A stretch of 64,000 nt of DNA from an uncultured Candidatus Saccharibacteria bacterium (GTDB taxonomy: Bacteria > Patescibacteriota > Minisyncoccia > UBA6257 > UBA9933). Where the stretch lies: assembly GCA_964453135.1 (NCBI GenBank), contig CAYVOL010000001.1:88895-152894 (forward strand). The letters are read 5' to 3'. The notes under the pieces were generated by a model. It was given only the letters and a program-made list of their open reading frames with translations, ran no database searches and was not told the DNA's origin. The position numbers and the translations under genes are program-made. Positions 27,216 to 36,885 of this stretch are shown here, in pieces (within the stretch, counting starts at the first letter, position 1; every line of letters starts with the position of its first letter).

Positions 27216-28553
27216 TTACTTAACTAATAATCTTCTCATTCTAATCCCCTGGCTAATAAACTCTCCCAAGGATATGGTTTTAAAAATATCGCGCCACATT
27301 AAAATTTCTCCTTTTAGGCCGCTCCGAAATCCGTTTTTCTTCACCTTGCGATTATTGTACACTTTTTCCATTATAACGCTTCTGATGCGCAATCTATTTC
27401 CTATTATTATCTTGTTGAGAAAAACTTCTAATCCGAAACTTTTTAATTTTTTCATTTCTTCCAGCCGCGCCGCCACTATTGATTTCGGAAATACTCTTTC
27501 GCCGCTCATAAAATCTATCCCGATTATCTTTTTCATCCAGCGCGGGGTATTTTCTCTTATGCTTATTGCCGCGTCCGCTTGTCCGGACGCCACCGGCTCT
27601 ATCAAGGAAACAATGTTTTCGGATTTCAAACCAAGAAGGTCCGCGTCCAGCATTACAATGTGCTCACCCGAAGATTCCGCTATTCCTCGGGCAATACTCG
27701 CGCTTTTTCCCAGATTTTTCTCATTCGTCAATAATTTTACTTCCGGAAATTTTCTTGCCGTTTCTCCGGTTTTATCCGCAGAGCAATCGTCTATCACGAT
27801 TATTTCGCGCAAAAAACCAGATGCGCCAATTGCCGCCTGAAGAGTATTGCTGATTGTTTGCTCTTCGTTGTAAGCGGGAATAACGCAGGAAAAATTTTTC
27901 TTGTTTTCTCTTAATTTTTCGGATGCGGGAATGATTTCTTTTCTTTTTTCCAAAATTTTTTCTTCTTTTTCCTCTAAAAACAAGACTTCTTTCTGCGAAC
28001 GACGGGCCAAATTATACAGCGCGGCGAAAACAATCGCCAGCGCCGTAGCGATAAAATATGCTTCTCCAAAATATCTGCTGATAACCGAGTAAAAACTTCC
28101 CGCGGCGTAGCCAGCTCCCATCAAAACGCTGTACTGAATGGCGCTGATAGGGACAGTGTAAGAAACAAATTTTTTATAAGATATTTTCGCCATTCCGGCG
28201 CTGGTTAAAAATATCGCCGCCATGCCGTAAGCCAGCTTGCCAAAAAACATCATTCGGAAAGGATAGTCGTTCCACAATCCTTCAACTATTGGAAAATGTT
28301 TCTGGAATTTTTTGGACTGGAAAATATACTTTTCAATAACTTTAATACTGTCCGCAAAATAGCCGAGAAGATACAAAAAAGAGTCCGGAATAAAATCGCC
28401 GAGCAGCAAGATAAAAAAGGCGGGCAGGAAGAGCAGAAAATTTGACCGGATTAAATAGCCGGCAAGCAAAGACACCACAGGGCCTTCGGAAGCGGCCAAA
28501 ATAAAAAGCGCGACATATTTGTAATGAAGCAAAGTTTGCAAGATGGGAATCAT
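27216..28553 (-). CDS. Fusion protein: N-terminal DedA/VTT-domain membrane module plus C-terminal GT2 glycosyltransferase (dolichyl-phosphate sugar transferase-like)
   Basis: N-terminal 200 aa hydrophobic with a DedA-like pattern; the C-terminus has 'FSCVIPAYNEEQTI', 'VIDDCSADKT', 'IVMLDADL'. Confidence 0.65.
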   Translation of the reverse strand: MIPILQTLLHYKYVALFILAASEGPVVSLLAGYLIRSNFLLFLPAFFILLLGDFIPDSFLYLLGYFADSIKVIEKYIFQSKKFQKHFPIVEGLWNDYPFRMMFFGKLAYGMAAIFLTSAGMAKISYKKFVSYTVPISAIQYSVLMGAGYAAGSFYSVISRYFGEAYFIATALAIVFAALYNLARRSQKEVLFLEEKEEKILEKRKEIIPASEKLRENKKNFSCVIPAYNEEQTISNTLQAAIGASGFLREIIVIDDCSADKTGETARKFPEVKLLTNEKNLGKSASIARGIAESSGEHIVMLDADLLGLKSENIVSLIEPVASGQADAAISIRENTPRWMKKIIGIDFMSGERVFPKSIVAARLEEMKKLKSFGLEVFLNKIIIGNRLRIRSVIMEKVYNNRKVKKNGFRSGLKGEILMWRDIFKTISLGEFISQGIRMRRLLVK

Positions 28554-29347
28554 AAAAAGTTTAGGCCGAAAACTTTCCGCGCGTTTTCGGTTGTTTGACT
28601 ACAGACAATTTCTAAAGAAACATTTTTTATTTCCGCCAATTTTTTGGCAATTTCTTCCAAATAAAACGGCTCATTTCTTTGTCCCCTGCGGGGCGCGGGC
28701 GCCGCGAAAGGCGCGTCGGTTTCCAGCAGAATTTTCTCCCATGGCAGACGTTTGATATCTTTAATATGAGAATAATTGGGAAAAGTAATCACGCCGGAAA
28801 AAGAAATGTAAAATCCCAAGTCAAGATAATCCCCGATATTTTCCCAAGCATCTTCACCGCTGAAAAAATGCATGACGCCCGCGCGTTCTTTTAAGAGTAA
28901 ATCGCGGTTGTCTTGTAAAATTTTCAGCATGTCGCCGTGGGCTTCGCGGCAATGGACAACCAGCGGCTTTTTTACTCCATGCGCCAATTGAATGTGCTTC
29001 AAAAAGGCTTCCTTTTGCTTTTCTTTATTATTCGCCGCATGGTGATAATCAAGGCCGCATTCGCCGATTACCGCAACTGCCGGCTCTTTGGCTAATTCTT
29101 GAAAAAAATGCGTGTCGTTGTCGGAAAAAAAATCTTTTTCAATATCGCCCGGATGGCAACCAACCGCCGCCCACATTTTGCCTTTATATTTTCCCGCCAA
29201 CTCCACTGCTTGCTCTGAACTTTTTTTATCCACGCCCACGTTAATCATCCCTATTCCGTTTTTCAAAGCGCGCTCAATAACCAATTCCCGGTCTTGGGCA
29301 AATCGGGGAAACTGCAGATGGGTATGTGTGTCAATTAATTTTAGCAT
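28550..29347 (-). CDS. tatD: TatD-family metal-dependent hydrolase (DNase)
   Basis: 'LIDTHTHLQFPRF', 'ECGLDYHH', 'LVVHCREAH'; 265 aa. Confidence 0.85.
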   Translation of the reverse strand: MLKLIDTHTHLQFPRFAQDRELVIERALKNGIGMINVGVDKKSSEQAVELAGKYKGKMWAAVGCHPGDIEKDFFSDNDTHFFQELAKEPAVAVIGECGLDYHHAANNKEKQKEAFLKHIQLAHGVKKPLVVHCREAHGDMLKILQDNRDLLLKERAGVMHFFSGEDAWENIGDYLDLGFYISFSGVITFPNYSHIKDIKRLPWEKILLETDAPFAAPAPRRGQRNEPFYLEEIAKKLAEIKNVSLEIVCSQTTENARKVFGLNFL

Positions 29348-29358
29348 AAATTGGAGTT

Positions 29359-29447
29359 GTCATTCCGAGTTCTCATTGTAGGAATCTTAACCAACAAGTC
29401 ATTCCTCGCCTCCGCCACCGCCGTGGCGGGGCGGAGGCGAGGAATCT
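29359..29447. repeat. MITE/REP-like element, copy B (GTCATTCCGAG...GAATCT / ATTCCTCGCCTCCGCC-accgccgtggcgg-GGCGGAGGCGAGGAAT)
   Basis: Same core family, with a long perfect inverted repeat. Confidence 0.5.
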
Positions 29448-29454
29448 ATAATTT

Positions 29455-30804
29455 CTAATCCCTCGTAATCTCGCGCAAAACTTTCAAGGTTCTGCCTAAT
29501 TCTTCTTTTTGGGTGAATTTTCCGAAGCTGAAACGCAAACTGGAATTTATTCTTTTCTCCGGGAATCCCAGAGACTGCAAAACATAAGACGGCTTGGCGG
29601 AAAAAGAAACGCAGGCCGAACCGCGGGAAACCGCGATGCCTCTTAAGTCAAGTTTAATGAGTAATTCCTCGGCGCTATGGCGGGGAAAATAGATATTAAG
29701 GATGTTAGGCAAAGCATTATGGTGCCGCAATCCAACAGCTTCAAATTTTTCGGGCGTAAATCCGTTAATCGCGGCGTTAGGATATATTATTTTTAATTTT
29801 TCCCAAAAATAATTTTTCAATTCCATTATTCTTTTGGTTTCTTTCGCGCGATTTTCTTCCGCCAATTCAATTGCCTTGGCGAATCCAACAATAGCCGGGA
29901 CATTTTCCGTGCCCGAACGCCAACCGAATTCTTGTCCGCCGCCGGTTGTCGCGGGCATTAAATAAGAAGTGTTAGATTTTATATCGCGGAAATAAAGCGC
30001 GCCAATGCCTTTGGGCCCGTAAATTTTATGAGCCGACAAAGTCATTAAATCAACATTCAATTCATCAACGCGACAATTAAGAAATTGAAAAGCCTGCGCC
30101 GCGTCAGTATGAAAAATAGGGTACAAAGAAAAATTTTGAGAAATTTTGAATTCCTTAATGACTTGGGAAATTTTCACAACATCTTGAATGGTCCCGATTT
30201 CGTTATTAACGCGCATTACGGAAACCAAAGCAGTTTGCTCGTTCAGCGCTTCTTTTAATTTTTTCAAATCAATTTTTCCTTGCCTGCTAACCGGCAAATA
30301 AACGACTTCCACTCCGTCGCTTTCCAAATCCCTCGCGGTTTCCAGAACTGATTCGTGTTCAATCGCCGAAACTATGATACGGACGCCGTCCGACTTCCCG
30401 TTTCTTTTCCTAAATCCTTTAACAACTCCGCGCAAGGCAAGATTGTTGGCTTCGGTCGCCGAGCCGGTAAAAATAATTTCGCGGAAACCAACGCCGAGCG
30501 TTTGGGCGATTTTTTCCCGCGATTCGTCAACCGCCCCCCTGGCGATTTGCCCGAAAGAATGGAGGGAATTCGGATTACCGAATTTAGCCGAGGGCAACCC
30601 AAAATACGGCTTCATTGCTTTTTCCACATCGGGATCAATCGGCGTTGTCGCCGCGTAATCAAAATAAACCCTCACACCCTTAAAATTACTCCGGATTTTT
30701 TTTGCGAAGATACGACGTGTTTTAAAACTCTTAATGTTCTTTGTGTGAAATCCAACACTGCGCATAAAGGTGTGAGGGTAAATTCTAGAATAATTTCTCT
30801 TCAA
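29455..30804 (-). CDS. Cysteine desulfurase (IscS/NifS family; class V aminotransferase). The true start is probably internal, near 'VYFDYAATTP'.
   Basis: 'YFDYAATTPIDP', 'SAIEHESV', 'DLMTLSAHKIYGPKGIGALY' PLP-lysine region, C-terminal 'RFSFGKF'. Confidence 0.85.
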   Translation of the reverse strand: MKRNYSRIYPHTFMRSVGFHTKNIKSFKTRRIFAKKIRSNFKGVRVYFDYAATTPIDPDVEKAMKPYFGLPSAKFGNPNSLHSFGQIARGAVDESREKIAQTLGVGFREIIFTGSATEANNLALRGVVKGFRKRNGKSDGVRIIVSAIEHESVLETARDLESDGVEVVYLPVSRQGKIDLKKLKEALNEQTALVSVMRVNNEIGTIQDVVKISQVIKEFKISQNFSLYPIFHTDAAQAFQFLNCRVDELNVDLMTLSAHKIYGPKGIGALYFRDIKSNTSYLMPATTGGGQEFGWRSGTENVPAIVGFAKAIELAEENRAKETKRIMELKNYFWEKLKIIYPNAAINGFTPEKFEAVGLRHHNALPNILNIYFPRHSAEELLIKLDLRGIAVSRGSACVSFSAKPSYVLQSLGFPEKRINSSLRFSFGKFTQKEELGRTLKVLREITRD

Positions 30805-30852
30805 AAATTAAATTTCAAATTTTATATTCACGACAGGTTCCCCGCGGAATTC

Positions 30853-31647
30853 TTAATAAAATTTCCGGTTATAAATATCAAGAGCCAATCTTCCGTCTTT
30901 TCCTTGATCAGACCCCCCTTGATAAACGGTCACTCCGCAATTAATCGGCTTTTCCTCTTTGTCTACCGAAATAAACCGCTCTCTGTCCCAGCGCTCCAAG
31001 TTAGCCCTCAAACATAAAAGAGTCAAATGGTGAGAAATAACCAGGACATTCTGTTGAAAATTTTCCCTGATAAGCGTCGTCAAAAAGCTTCTTACCCGAT
31101 CTTTGACGTCCGCTTTGTTTTCTCCATTCAAGAACCGATACTCATATTCTCCTTCCAGTTTGAATAAAAGCCCCTGCAAGGGATTAAGCGCGTAATAAAT
31201 GCGCCAATCGTTGAAAATAGTCGCAATCCCGTGTTCCTGTTCGCGGATTCTTTCTTCGTAAACTTTTTTCACATTATCCAGCTCCGGCCATCCTTCTTTC
31301 AGGGAACCCAGCGTTTGTCTTGTTCTTAAATAAGGCGAAATATAAACGATATCGGGTAAAAGTATTTTATTTTTCAATTCCAGTCCGGTTTTTTTAGCCT
31401 GACTTATCCCTTCTTCCGTCAACGGAGTATCATAATCACTTACTCCCAATTTAAATGTTCGCCAGATATTTTTTGCCAAAACTTTTAATTCTTCACTCGG
31501 CCAATTTTCGTCTTCCGCCTTAGAAAAATCACGCTCAAAAATATCACAAAATTTTTCATAATCCGGATTATCCCGCTTCAAAATCCTCAGATAATTATAA
31601 GCGGATTCTCCGTGCCTTATAAAAGTTAAACTATTGGGCCATTTCAT
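30853..31647 (-). CDS. Histidine phosphatase family protein (phosphoglycerate-mutase-like)
   Basis: 'LTFIRHGESAYN' RHG catalytic motif; 264 aa. Confidence 0.7.
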   Translation of the reverse strand: MKWPNSLTFIRHGESAYNYLRILKRDNPDYEKFCDIFERDFSKAEDENWPSEELKVLAKNIWRTFKLGVSDYDTPLTEEGISQAKKTGLELKNKILLPDIVYISPYLRTRQTLGSLKEGWPELDNVKKVYEERIREQEHGIATIFNDWRIYYALNPLQGLLFKLEGEYEYRFLNGENKADVKDRVRSFLTTLIRENFQQNVLVISHHLTLLCLRANLERWDRERFISVDKEEKPINCGVTVYQGGSDQGKDGRLALDIYNRKFY

Positions 31648-31700
31648 AATTTTATTAACCGCAAGATAAACACTGCCAATTGTTCCAACGAAATCTTTTC

Positions 31701-31790
31701 TGGCGGAGGCGGAAGGATTCGAACCTTCGATGCCATTTCTGGCATACCTGTTTTCAAGACAGGCCGTTTCAACCGCTCGCGCACGCCTCC
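31701..31790 (-). tRNA. tRNA-Ser (anticodon TGA), type II with a long variable arm, CCA encoded
   Basis: Reverse complement GGAGGCGTGCGCGAGCGGTTGAAACGGCCTGTCTTGAAAACAGG...GAAGGTTCGAATCCTTCCGCCTCCGCCA. Confidence 0.8.
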
Positions 31791-31834
31791 AATATAATTC
31801 TTAATTTTTCCGACGAAGCGGTGGGATATTCTTG

Positions 31835-31905
31835 TGGACTCGAGGGGAATCGAACCCCTATCTTCCGGATGCAAACCGGATGCTCTGCCACTAAGCTACG
31901 AGCCC
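31835..31905 (-). tRNA. tRNA-Ala (anticodon TGC); G3:U70 present, CCA not encoded
   Basis: Reverse complement GGGCTCGTAGCTTAGTGGCAGAGCATCCGGTTTGCATCCGGAAGATAGGGGTTCGATTCCCCTCGAGTCCA. Confidence 0.8.
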
Positions 31906-32014
31906 GACTAAAATTTTATAACATAATTTTTTGGTTTTCTCAAAAACAATAGGGGTCGTTCCTGTTTCGCTTGGCGAAACAGGAACGACCCCTGTAGAAA
32001 TTATTAATAAAAGA

Positions 32015-32674
32015 TCACGCCGCTCTCTTGCAAATATATTCTTTCACCTCGCGATACTGCTCCTGGCTGATAAACTGCTTATCCCGATAGAATTCAAGCA
32101 ATTCCGAGAGGCGCCACAGCGCGTGGAGTCTCAAGCCCGCCGAAGCAAGCGCTTCCTTTCCGCCCTGCTCGCGGTCAATGAAAACAGCCACATCTTCCAC
32201 TTTAAAACCCAGACTCCGAAGCGCCTCTGCGGCTTCAATTTTAGAATGCGCTCCGGTAACGACATCATCAACGAGAAGAACTATCATGCCTCGATAAACT
32301 CTTCCCGATGTCTTAACAATATGAGGAAGAACTCGCCGTTCGAATTTGTCTTCACCTTTTTTCAACTGCAAAAAGGAACATGCCGAGATCTTCGCAAAAG
32401 CGAGGGCAAAAGGATTGCCAGCAACAGGCACGCCGCAAACGGCATTGTAGGACAGCAATGTTTCAAAAGCACAACAATCCAGGCATCTACTTAACTGAAC
32501 AATGATATCATCATTAAGCGGATTAAGCGGTCCCTTGGGCGGTTTCCTGAAATTGAAGTAAATCGGAGACGGCGGGTCATTTGAACTTTTCTCGTGAATC
32601 TTCAATTGAGCCGCTCCTAATTCAACGACTCCAATTCGGAAAATTTCTTCCGCCAAAGATGGATTTTTAATCAT
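32015..32674 (-). CDS. Type I phosphoribosyltransferase (orotate phosphoribosyltransferase-like)
   Basis: PRPP-binding loop 'MIVLLVDDVVTGAHSKIEA'; 219 aa. Confidence 0.65.
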   Translation of the reverse strand: MIKNPSLAEEIFRIGVVELGAAQLKIHEKSSNDPPSPIYFNFRKPPKGPLNPLNDDIIVQLSRCLDCCAFETLLSYNAVCGVPVAGNPFALAFAKISACSFLQLKKGEDKFERRVLPHIVKTSGRVYRGMIVLLVDDVVTGAHSKIEAAEALRSLGFKVEDVAVFIDREQGGKEALASAGLRLHALWRLSELLEFYRDKQFISQEQYREVKEYICKRAA

Positions 32675-32782
32675 CTCTTCACCTCCCTAGCAGTTATTGC
32701 CGCATCAATCGCGCCTTAAAGATTCGCTGATTCTCCAACATCTGTCGAAAATTCCGCTCGCTCATTTTCGTTCCTCCTGTTG

Positions 32783-33658
32783 TTAGCGAATCGCCGCCCG
32801 CGCCAAATCATGAAGCGCGGCAAGCGACGCAAGAAGCGTTAATTGCTGAATTGGCTGATCAACATTATGACATGAAAATCTATAGCCCCTATCTAGCCGA
32901 CAATCAACCGGATAAAGTCCGCAACGATCGCCGGGACAACTTATGTTAAGCCAACCATTGTTGCCTTGAGTGTATGCCTGAAAATCGCGGTTATCGTAAA
33001 AAGAGATTTTGCCCTCCATTCGTTCATGAATGATACGCATTGCATCAATCATCTCGGAAATCGCGTCAACTGGCCGCGACCGCAGATACGCCGCAAGTTC
33101 GCAACCGTATTCGCCGTAAAGCGACCCGCCATGACTCGCCCTGATTGTCGTAGCCTCAACAATCATAAGCTGCGGGATTTTTGCCGTAGTCTCATATTCT
33201 GGAAACCGCATCGAATGAAGAAGAAGACTGATGGTTGCCGAAACAGCGAATGCCACTTCCCAATCATAATATGGGATCTTGCCGTTTTCACACAACAAGC
33301 AGTTCGCGTCCATTACTTCATCATATCCACTACTGTTACAACGTATGCAGATTTCATCCTTAAATTTCCTGACCAGCGGCGTAGGAATTTCGTACTCTAA
33401 AAATCCATCTTTCATACCGCGATAAATCAGAGAATTCTCAAAACCAAAGTCCTCGCCGAGTCTTCCATTGAATTTTTTGAATTGGAAGCTCTCTTTGAGA
33501 CCGATTACCAACGGCGCATTTGCCGGTATTTCTTTTGCACTATTCACAAAATCGGAATGAATGCGCAACAGAATCCCCGGTTTGTTATTCGTACCCCTAA
33601 ATGAAAGTTCGTACCAACAGGGTATTGTCTCACGCGTTAACATCTTAATGTCTTTCAT
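32783..33658 (-). CDS. Cysteine-rich hypothetical protein (291 aa); no recognised family
   Basis: ORF track; 'CIRCNSSGYDEVMDANCLLCENG' and 'CPGDRCGLYPVDCRLDRGYRFSCH' clusters; composition more GC-rich than neighbouring genes. Confidence 0.45.
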   Translation of the reverse strand: MKDIKMLTRETIPCWYELSFRGTNNKPGILLRIHSDFVNSAKEIPANAPLVIGLKESFQFKKFNGRLGEDFGFENSLIYRGMKDGFLEYEIPTPLVRKFKDEICIRCNSSGYDEVMDANCLLCENGKIPYYDWEVAFAVSATISLLLHSMRFPEYETTAKIPQLMIVEATTIRASHGGSLYGEYGCELAAYLRSRPVDAISEMIDAMRIIHERMEGKISFYDNRDFQAYTQGNNGWLNISCPGDRCGLYPVDCRLDRGYRFSCHNVDQPIQQLTLLASLAALHDLARAAIR

Positions 33659-33764
33659 TTAATACCTCTCTTTCTATCTTATTAAGTTAATAATGTACAA
33701 AATAACCCAACAATTAGGTCATCAAAAAACCATACAGAAAATATCGAAAAGTGTCAAACAAAGT

Positions 33765-34163
33765 TCATTCCGTTGTCGCGCCGTCAAATTCGGCTTCGTT
33801 GGCTTCCGCCTCTTCTTTGGTCGCGCGCGCGATGCCGTCTTTATGGTGCGCGGGAGAATAAATGGTGTAGAGTTTTAATGCTTCGGTAGAAGAAGTATTG
33901 ATGACATTGTGCCGCGCTCCGGCCGGAACAATAATCGCCACGCCGTCTTCAAGCGCGTATTCATTGCCGTCAATAATGCATTTGCCTTCTCCTTTTTCTA
34001 TGCGAAAAAACTGGTCATTCTCGGGATGAACTTCCATTCCGATTTCTTCCATGGGCCTCAAGCTCATCAAAACCAGCTGGCTGTGTTTGCCAGTATAGAG
34101 CACTTTGCGGTAATGATTATTTCCCAAAGTGTCTTTTTCGATGTTAGTGTTAAATCCTTTCAT
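33765..34163 (-). CDS. Cupin-domain protein (start moved to MKGFNTNIEK so that it does not run through the tRNA)
   Basis: 'GMEVHPENDQFFRIEKGEGKCIIDGNEYALEDGVAIIVPAGARHNVIN' two-motif cupin core. Confidence 0.6.
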   Translation of the reverse strand: MKGFNTNIEKDTLGNNHYRKVLYTGKHSQLVLMSLRPMEEIGMEVHPENDQFFRIEKGEGKCIIDGNEYALEDGVAIIVPAGARHNVINTSSTEALKLYTIYSPAHHKDGIARATKEEAEANEAEFDGATTE

Positions 34164-34243
34164 AGTGTGAACCCCGTTAGAGATAATTGGAACCAATGAT
34201 ATAACGAGGTTTATTTGAAAAATTACGTAAATTTCTAACGGGG

Positions 34244-34316
34244 TGGACCATGCCGGATTCGAACCGGCTACCTCTTCTATGCCATAGAAGCGCTCTGCCA
34301 AGTGAGCTAATGGCCC
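34244..34316 (-). tRNA. tRNA-Ala (anticodon GGC); G3:U70 present, CCA not encoded
   Basis: Reverse complement GGGCCATTAGCTCACTTGGCAGAGCGCTTCTATGGCATAGAAGAGGTAGCCGGTTCGAATCCGGCATGGTCCA. Confidence 0.75.
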
Positions 34317-34332
34317 TGTTGGATTTTCCGCC

Positions 34333-34572
34333 TTATTTCTTTTCCCTCTCGCTAAAATAGTAAATGTAAAGAATTTCCAAAATCCCGAGCGTATTCACCA
34401 CAAGCAATGCCGCAAACCACCACAACTCTTCTTTTCTGGCCGACTTCCACAACGCCCTTCCTTTCCAATAGATAGTCCAAACCAAAACAATGACCAATAT
34501 GAACCAGGGCACAGTCGCCAAAGCGTTAAAACCGAGATAACCGCCGGACATTGCCAAAATATTGTTCGTCAT
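34333..34572 (-). CDS. Small two-TM membrane protein of the 'WKG-ALW...NTLGILEI' type, common in Patescibacteria (DUF5652-like); start set at MTNNIL
   Basis: 'WTIYWKGRALWKSARKEELWWFAALLVVNTLGILEILYIYYF'. The DUF number is from recall only. Confidence 0.5.
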   Translation of the reverse strand: MTNNILAMSGGYLGFNALATVPWFILVIVLVWTIYWKGRALWKSARKEELWWFAALLVVNTLGILEILYIYYFSEREKK

Positions 34573-34695
34573 TAAAATTAGACGAGAATTGCGGCCGCGA
34601 ATTTTCAATGCAAAATTGAAAATTATTGCTACTTGCCCAATTCTTAGCTATGTTTATAGTGTATCTAAACTATCTTTATTTATCAATATAATAAA

Positions 34696-34767
34696 GCCCT
34701 CGTAGTTCAATGGACAGAACAAATCCGTCCTAAGGATGAAATGGGAGTTCGATTCTTCCCGAGGGCA
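34696..34767 (+). tRNA. tRNA-Arg (anticodon CCT, tentative)
   Basis: GCCCTCGTAGTTCAATGGACAGAACAAATCCGTCCTAAGGATGAAATGGGAGTTCGATTCTTCCCGAGGGCA. The anticodon stem has one mismatch, so the anticodon call is tentative. Confidence 0.65.
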
Positions 34768-34780
34768 CTGGAAATAAAAT

Positions 34781-34872
34781 GGTGAGGTGGCTGAGTCCGG
34801 TTGAAGGCGCCACACTCGAAATGTGGTGTGCTCGAAAGGGCACCGTGGGTTCGAATCCCACCCTCACCGCCA
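34781..34872 (+). tRNA. tRNA-Ser (anticodon CGA), type II, CCA encoded
   Basis: GGTGAGGTGGCTGAGTCCGGTTGAAGGCGCCACACTCGAAATGTGGTG...GTGGGTTCGAATCCCACCCTCACCGCCA. Confidence 0.8.
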
Positions 34873-34930
34873 GTAGTTTTAGGGCTTAGATAAAGGTGTT
34901 TTAAAATAGAGAGGCAAAGGGATTTGAACT

Positions 34931-35524
34931 ATGGACGAAAAAACGATACAAACCTATAACCAGATGGCCAAAGAATACGATGATGAAACCATCGATTTTT
35001 GGGAGCGATTTCCTCGAACTTTTTTCGATAAGTTTGCTGAATCAACGAAAGGTACAGTCCTCGATGTTGGCAGCGGCCCAGGGAGAGATGGATTGTTATT
35101 GAAAGAAAAAGGACTTGAAGTTGTTTGCCTTGATGCTTCCGAATCCATGATCAAACTATGCAGAGAGAAAGGATTGGAATCTGTGCTCGGTGATTTCACC
35201 ACCATGCCGTTCGAAAACAATTCTTTTGATGGTGCATGGGCATATACTTCGCTTCTCCATATTCAAAAAGCAGATGTATCAAAAGCCTTTAACGAGATAC
35301 ACAGAGTATTGAAGGGCGACGGAATTCTCGGACTAGGTTTGATAGAAGGAGAAGCAGGGGAGTATCGCGAAAGCTCTGGGGTAAACATGTCCCGCTGGTT
35401 CAGCTTCTACTCAAAAAAAGAAATAGAAAATCTATTGGATAATCACGGTTTCAAGGTCTTGTATTTTGAACAGTTCAAACCTAGATCTAAGAATTACCTG
35501 AACTTTATTGCCCAAAAGAAATAA
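34931..35524 (+). CDS. Class I SAM-dependent methyltransferase
   Basis: Motif I 'VLDVGSGPGRDG', motif II 'FDGAWAYTSLLHI'. Confidence 0.8.
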   Translation: MDEKTIQTYNQMAKEYDDETIDFWERFPRTFFDKFAESTKGTVLDVGSGPGRDGLLLKEKGLEVVCLDASESMIKLCREKGLESVLGDFTTMPFENNSFDGAWAYTSLLHIQKADVSKAFNEIHRVLKGDGILGLGLIEGEAGEYRESSGVNMSRWFSFYSKKEIENLLDNHGFKVLYFEQFKPRSKNYLNFIAQKK

Positions 35525-35737
35525 CCGTTATATCAAATATAGCTGATTGTGACTGATTATGGCGGCAAATTTAGTAAACTTTTTGCGCAAATTCTGGGAT
35601 TTCGAAATGAGTAGGGTTTTCTTTGTAAATATACCTCAGTTTTTGTATAGTTTTATCAATTATTCTGAAATTCAGCCGCTTCGGTTCTAACTTCGGGACA
35701 TCGTCACCGCCAGGAATATTTTTTAATTCAGCAACTG

Positions 35738-36655
35738 CTACTTTTCAATTCTTGACTCAATAAAGCTTTTTATCTCGCGATAATCGTTTTGTCCCTTTCT
35801 GGGAACAAGAATATAAGCGGAAGTGGAACTGGCGGAGCTGGAAGCGTCAGCCAAAGAAACGGAAGTAGTCGCGCTTTCCAATAAGCCGGTGGAAAAATCC
35901 AAAGTAATGGTGTTAAAACGGACGACTTTTAATTTGTCAAACAAGGGTAAAAGTTCCTGAAAATTTACATTGCTTTCCAAGCGGCCAAGCTCGGGAGTCA
36001 ATTTTATCACCAAAGCGGTTTTCTGCATAAAATTTAATTCTTTGTATTTTTTGAAAACAGCGCGGATGATTTCCTGCTGATTTTTTTCCCTCAAAAAATC
36101 CCCTTCCGGCGCGAAACGATTTCTCGCCACCCACAAAGCGCGCTCGCCGTTCAAATGCTGTTGGCCGGCTTCCATTTTATAGCCGCTAACCCAGTCAACC
36201 AAAGGAGATGGGAGACTGATGTCAACCCCACCCAACTCATCAACCACTTGCTTGAAAATTCTCATATCTATAACCGCGTATTTATCGGTAGACAAACCGG
36301 TTATTTCCGGCAATTTCTCCAACAGCTCTTTAGTTTTTCCCCGCTCCAGCACTTCGTTGAGCTTAAATTGTTCGTCGCTTAAATCCACATACAAATCGCG
36401 AGGCAAAGATATTATATTGGCTACCCCAATCTGGGGGTGATAGTCAAAAATGAAAATCGCGTCCGCCAAATCCGGAGCGTTGTTAAACCCGACCACCTCT
36501 CCCATTTTTCCAAAAACCACAAAAGTGATGCTGTCTTTTTGAGCAATATCGCTATCTTTCGAAAAAACAAAAATCTTCTTTTGATAAGTCAGCATGGCGA
36601 AAATGGCCATTGCCAATGTCAAAGATAAGAAAATAATCAGTAGTTTTTTACGCAT
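35738..36655 (-). CDS. LytR-CpsA-Psr (LCP) family cell-envelope phosphotransferase
   Basis: N-terminal TM anchor; 'ANIISLPRDLYVDL', 'KLNEVLERG'; length typical of LCP. Confidence 0.65.
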   Translation of the reverse strand: MRKKLLIIFLSLTLAMAIFAMLTYQKKIFVFSKDSDIAQKDSITFVVFGKMGEVVGFNNAPDLADAIFIFDYHPQIGVANIISLPRDLYVDLSDEQFKLNEVLERGKTKELLEKLPEITGLSTDKYAVIDMRIFKQVVDELGGVDISLPSPLVDWVSGYKMEAGQQHLNGERALWVARNRFAPEGDFLREKNQQEIIRAVFKKYKELNFMQKTALVIKLTPELGRLESNVNFQELLPLFDKLKVVRFNTITLDFSTGLLESATTSVSLADASSSASSTSAYILVPRKGQNDYREIKSFIESRIEK

Positions 36656-36795
36656 AAATGCCGTTTAATAATGCTCGCGCTTGAACGCCGTAACGAACGA
36701 TTTCACGCTTGCTTATAAAATACTGGGATTTTTTAAGGCCGTCAACTAATTTTTCTTGTCCCTGTCTGTAATACGTGATATTATTGTCGGTAAAA

Positions 36796-36866
36796 CGGGC
36801 TGTAGTATAACGGCAGTATACACCCTTGGGGTGGGTGCGACCCGGGTTCAATTCCCGGCAGCCCGA
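36796..36866 (+). tRNA. tRNA-Pro (anticodon GGG); C1:G72 present, CCA not encoded
   Basis: CGGGCTGTAGTATAACGGCAGTATACACCCTTGGGGTGGGTGCGACCCGGGTTCAATTCCCGGCAGCCCGA. Confidence 0.75.
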
Positions 36867-36885
36867 CAATAATATAATAATTGTT

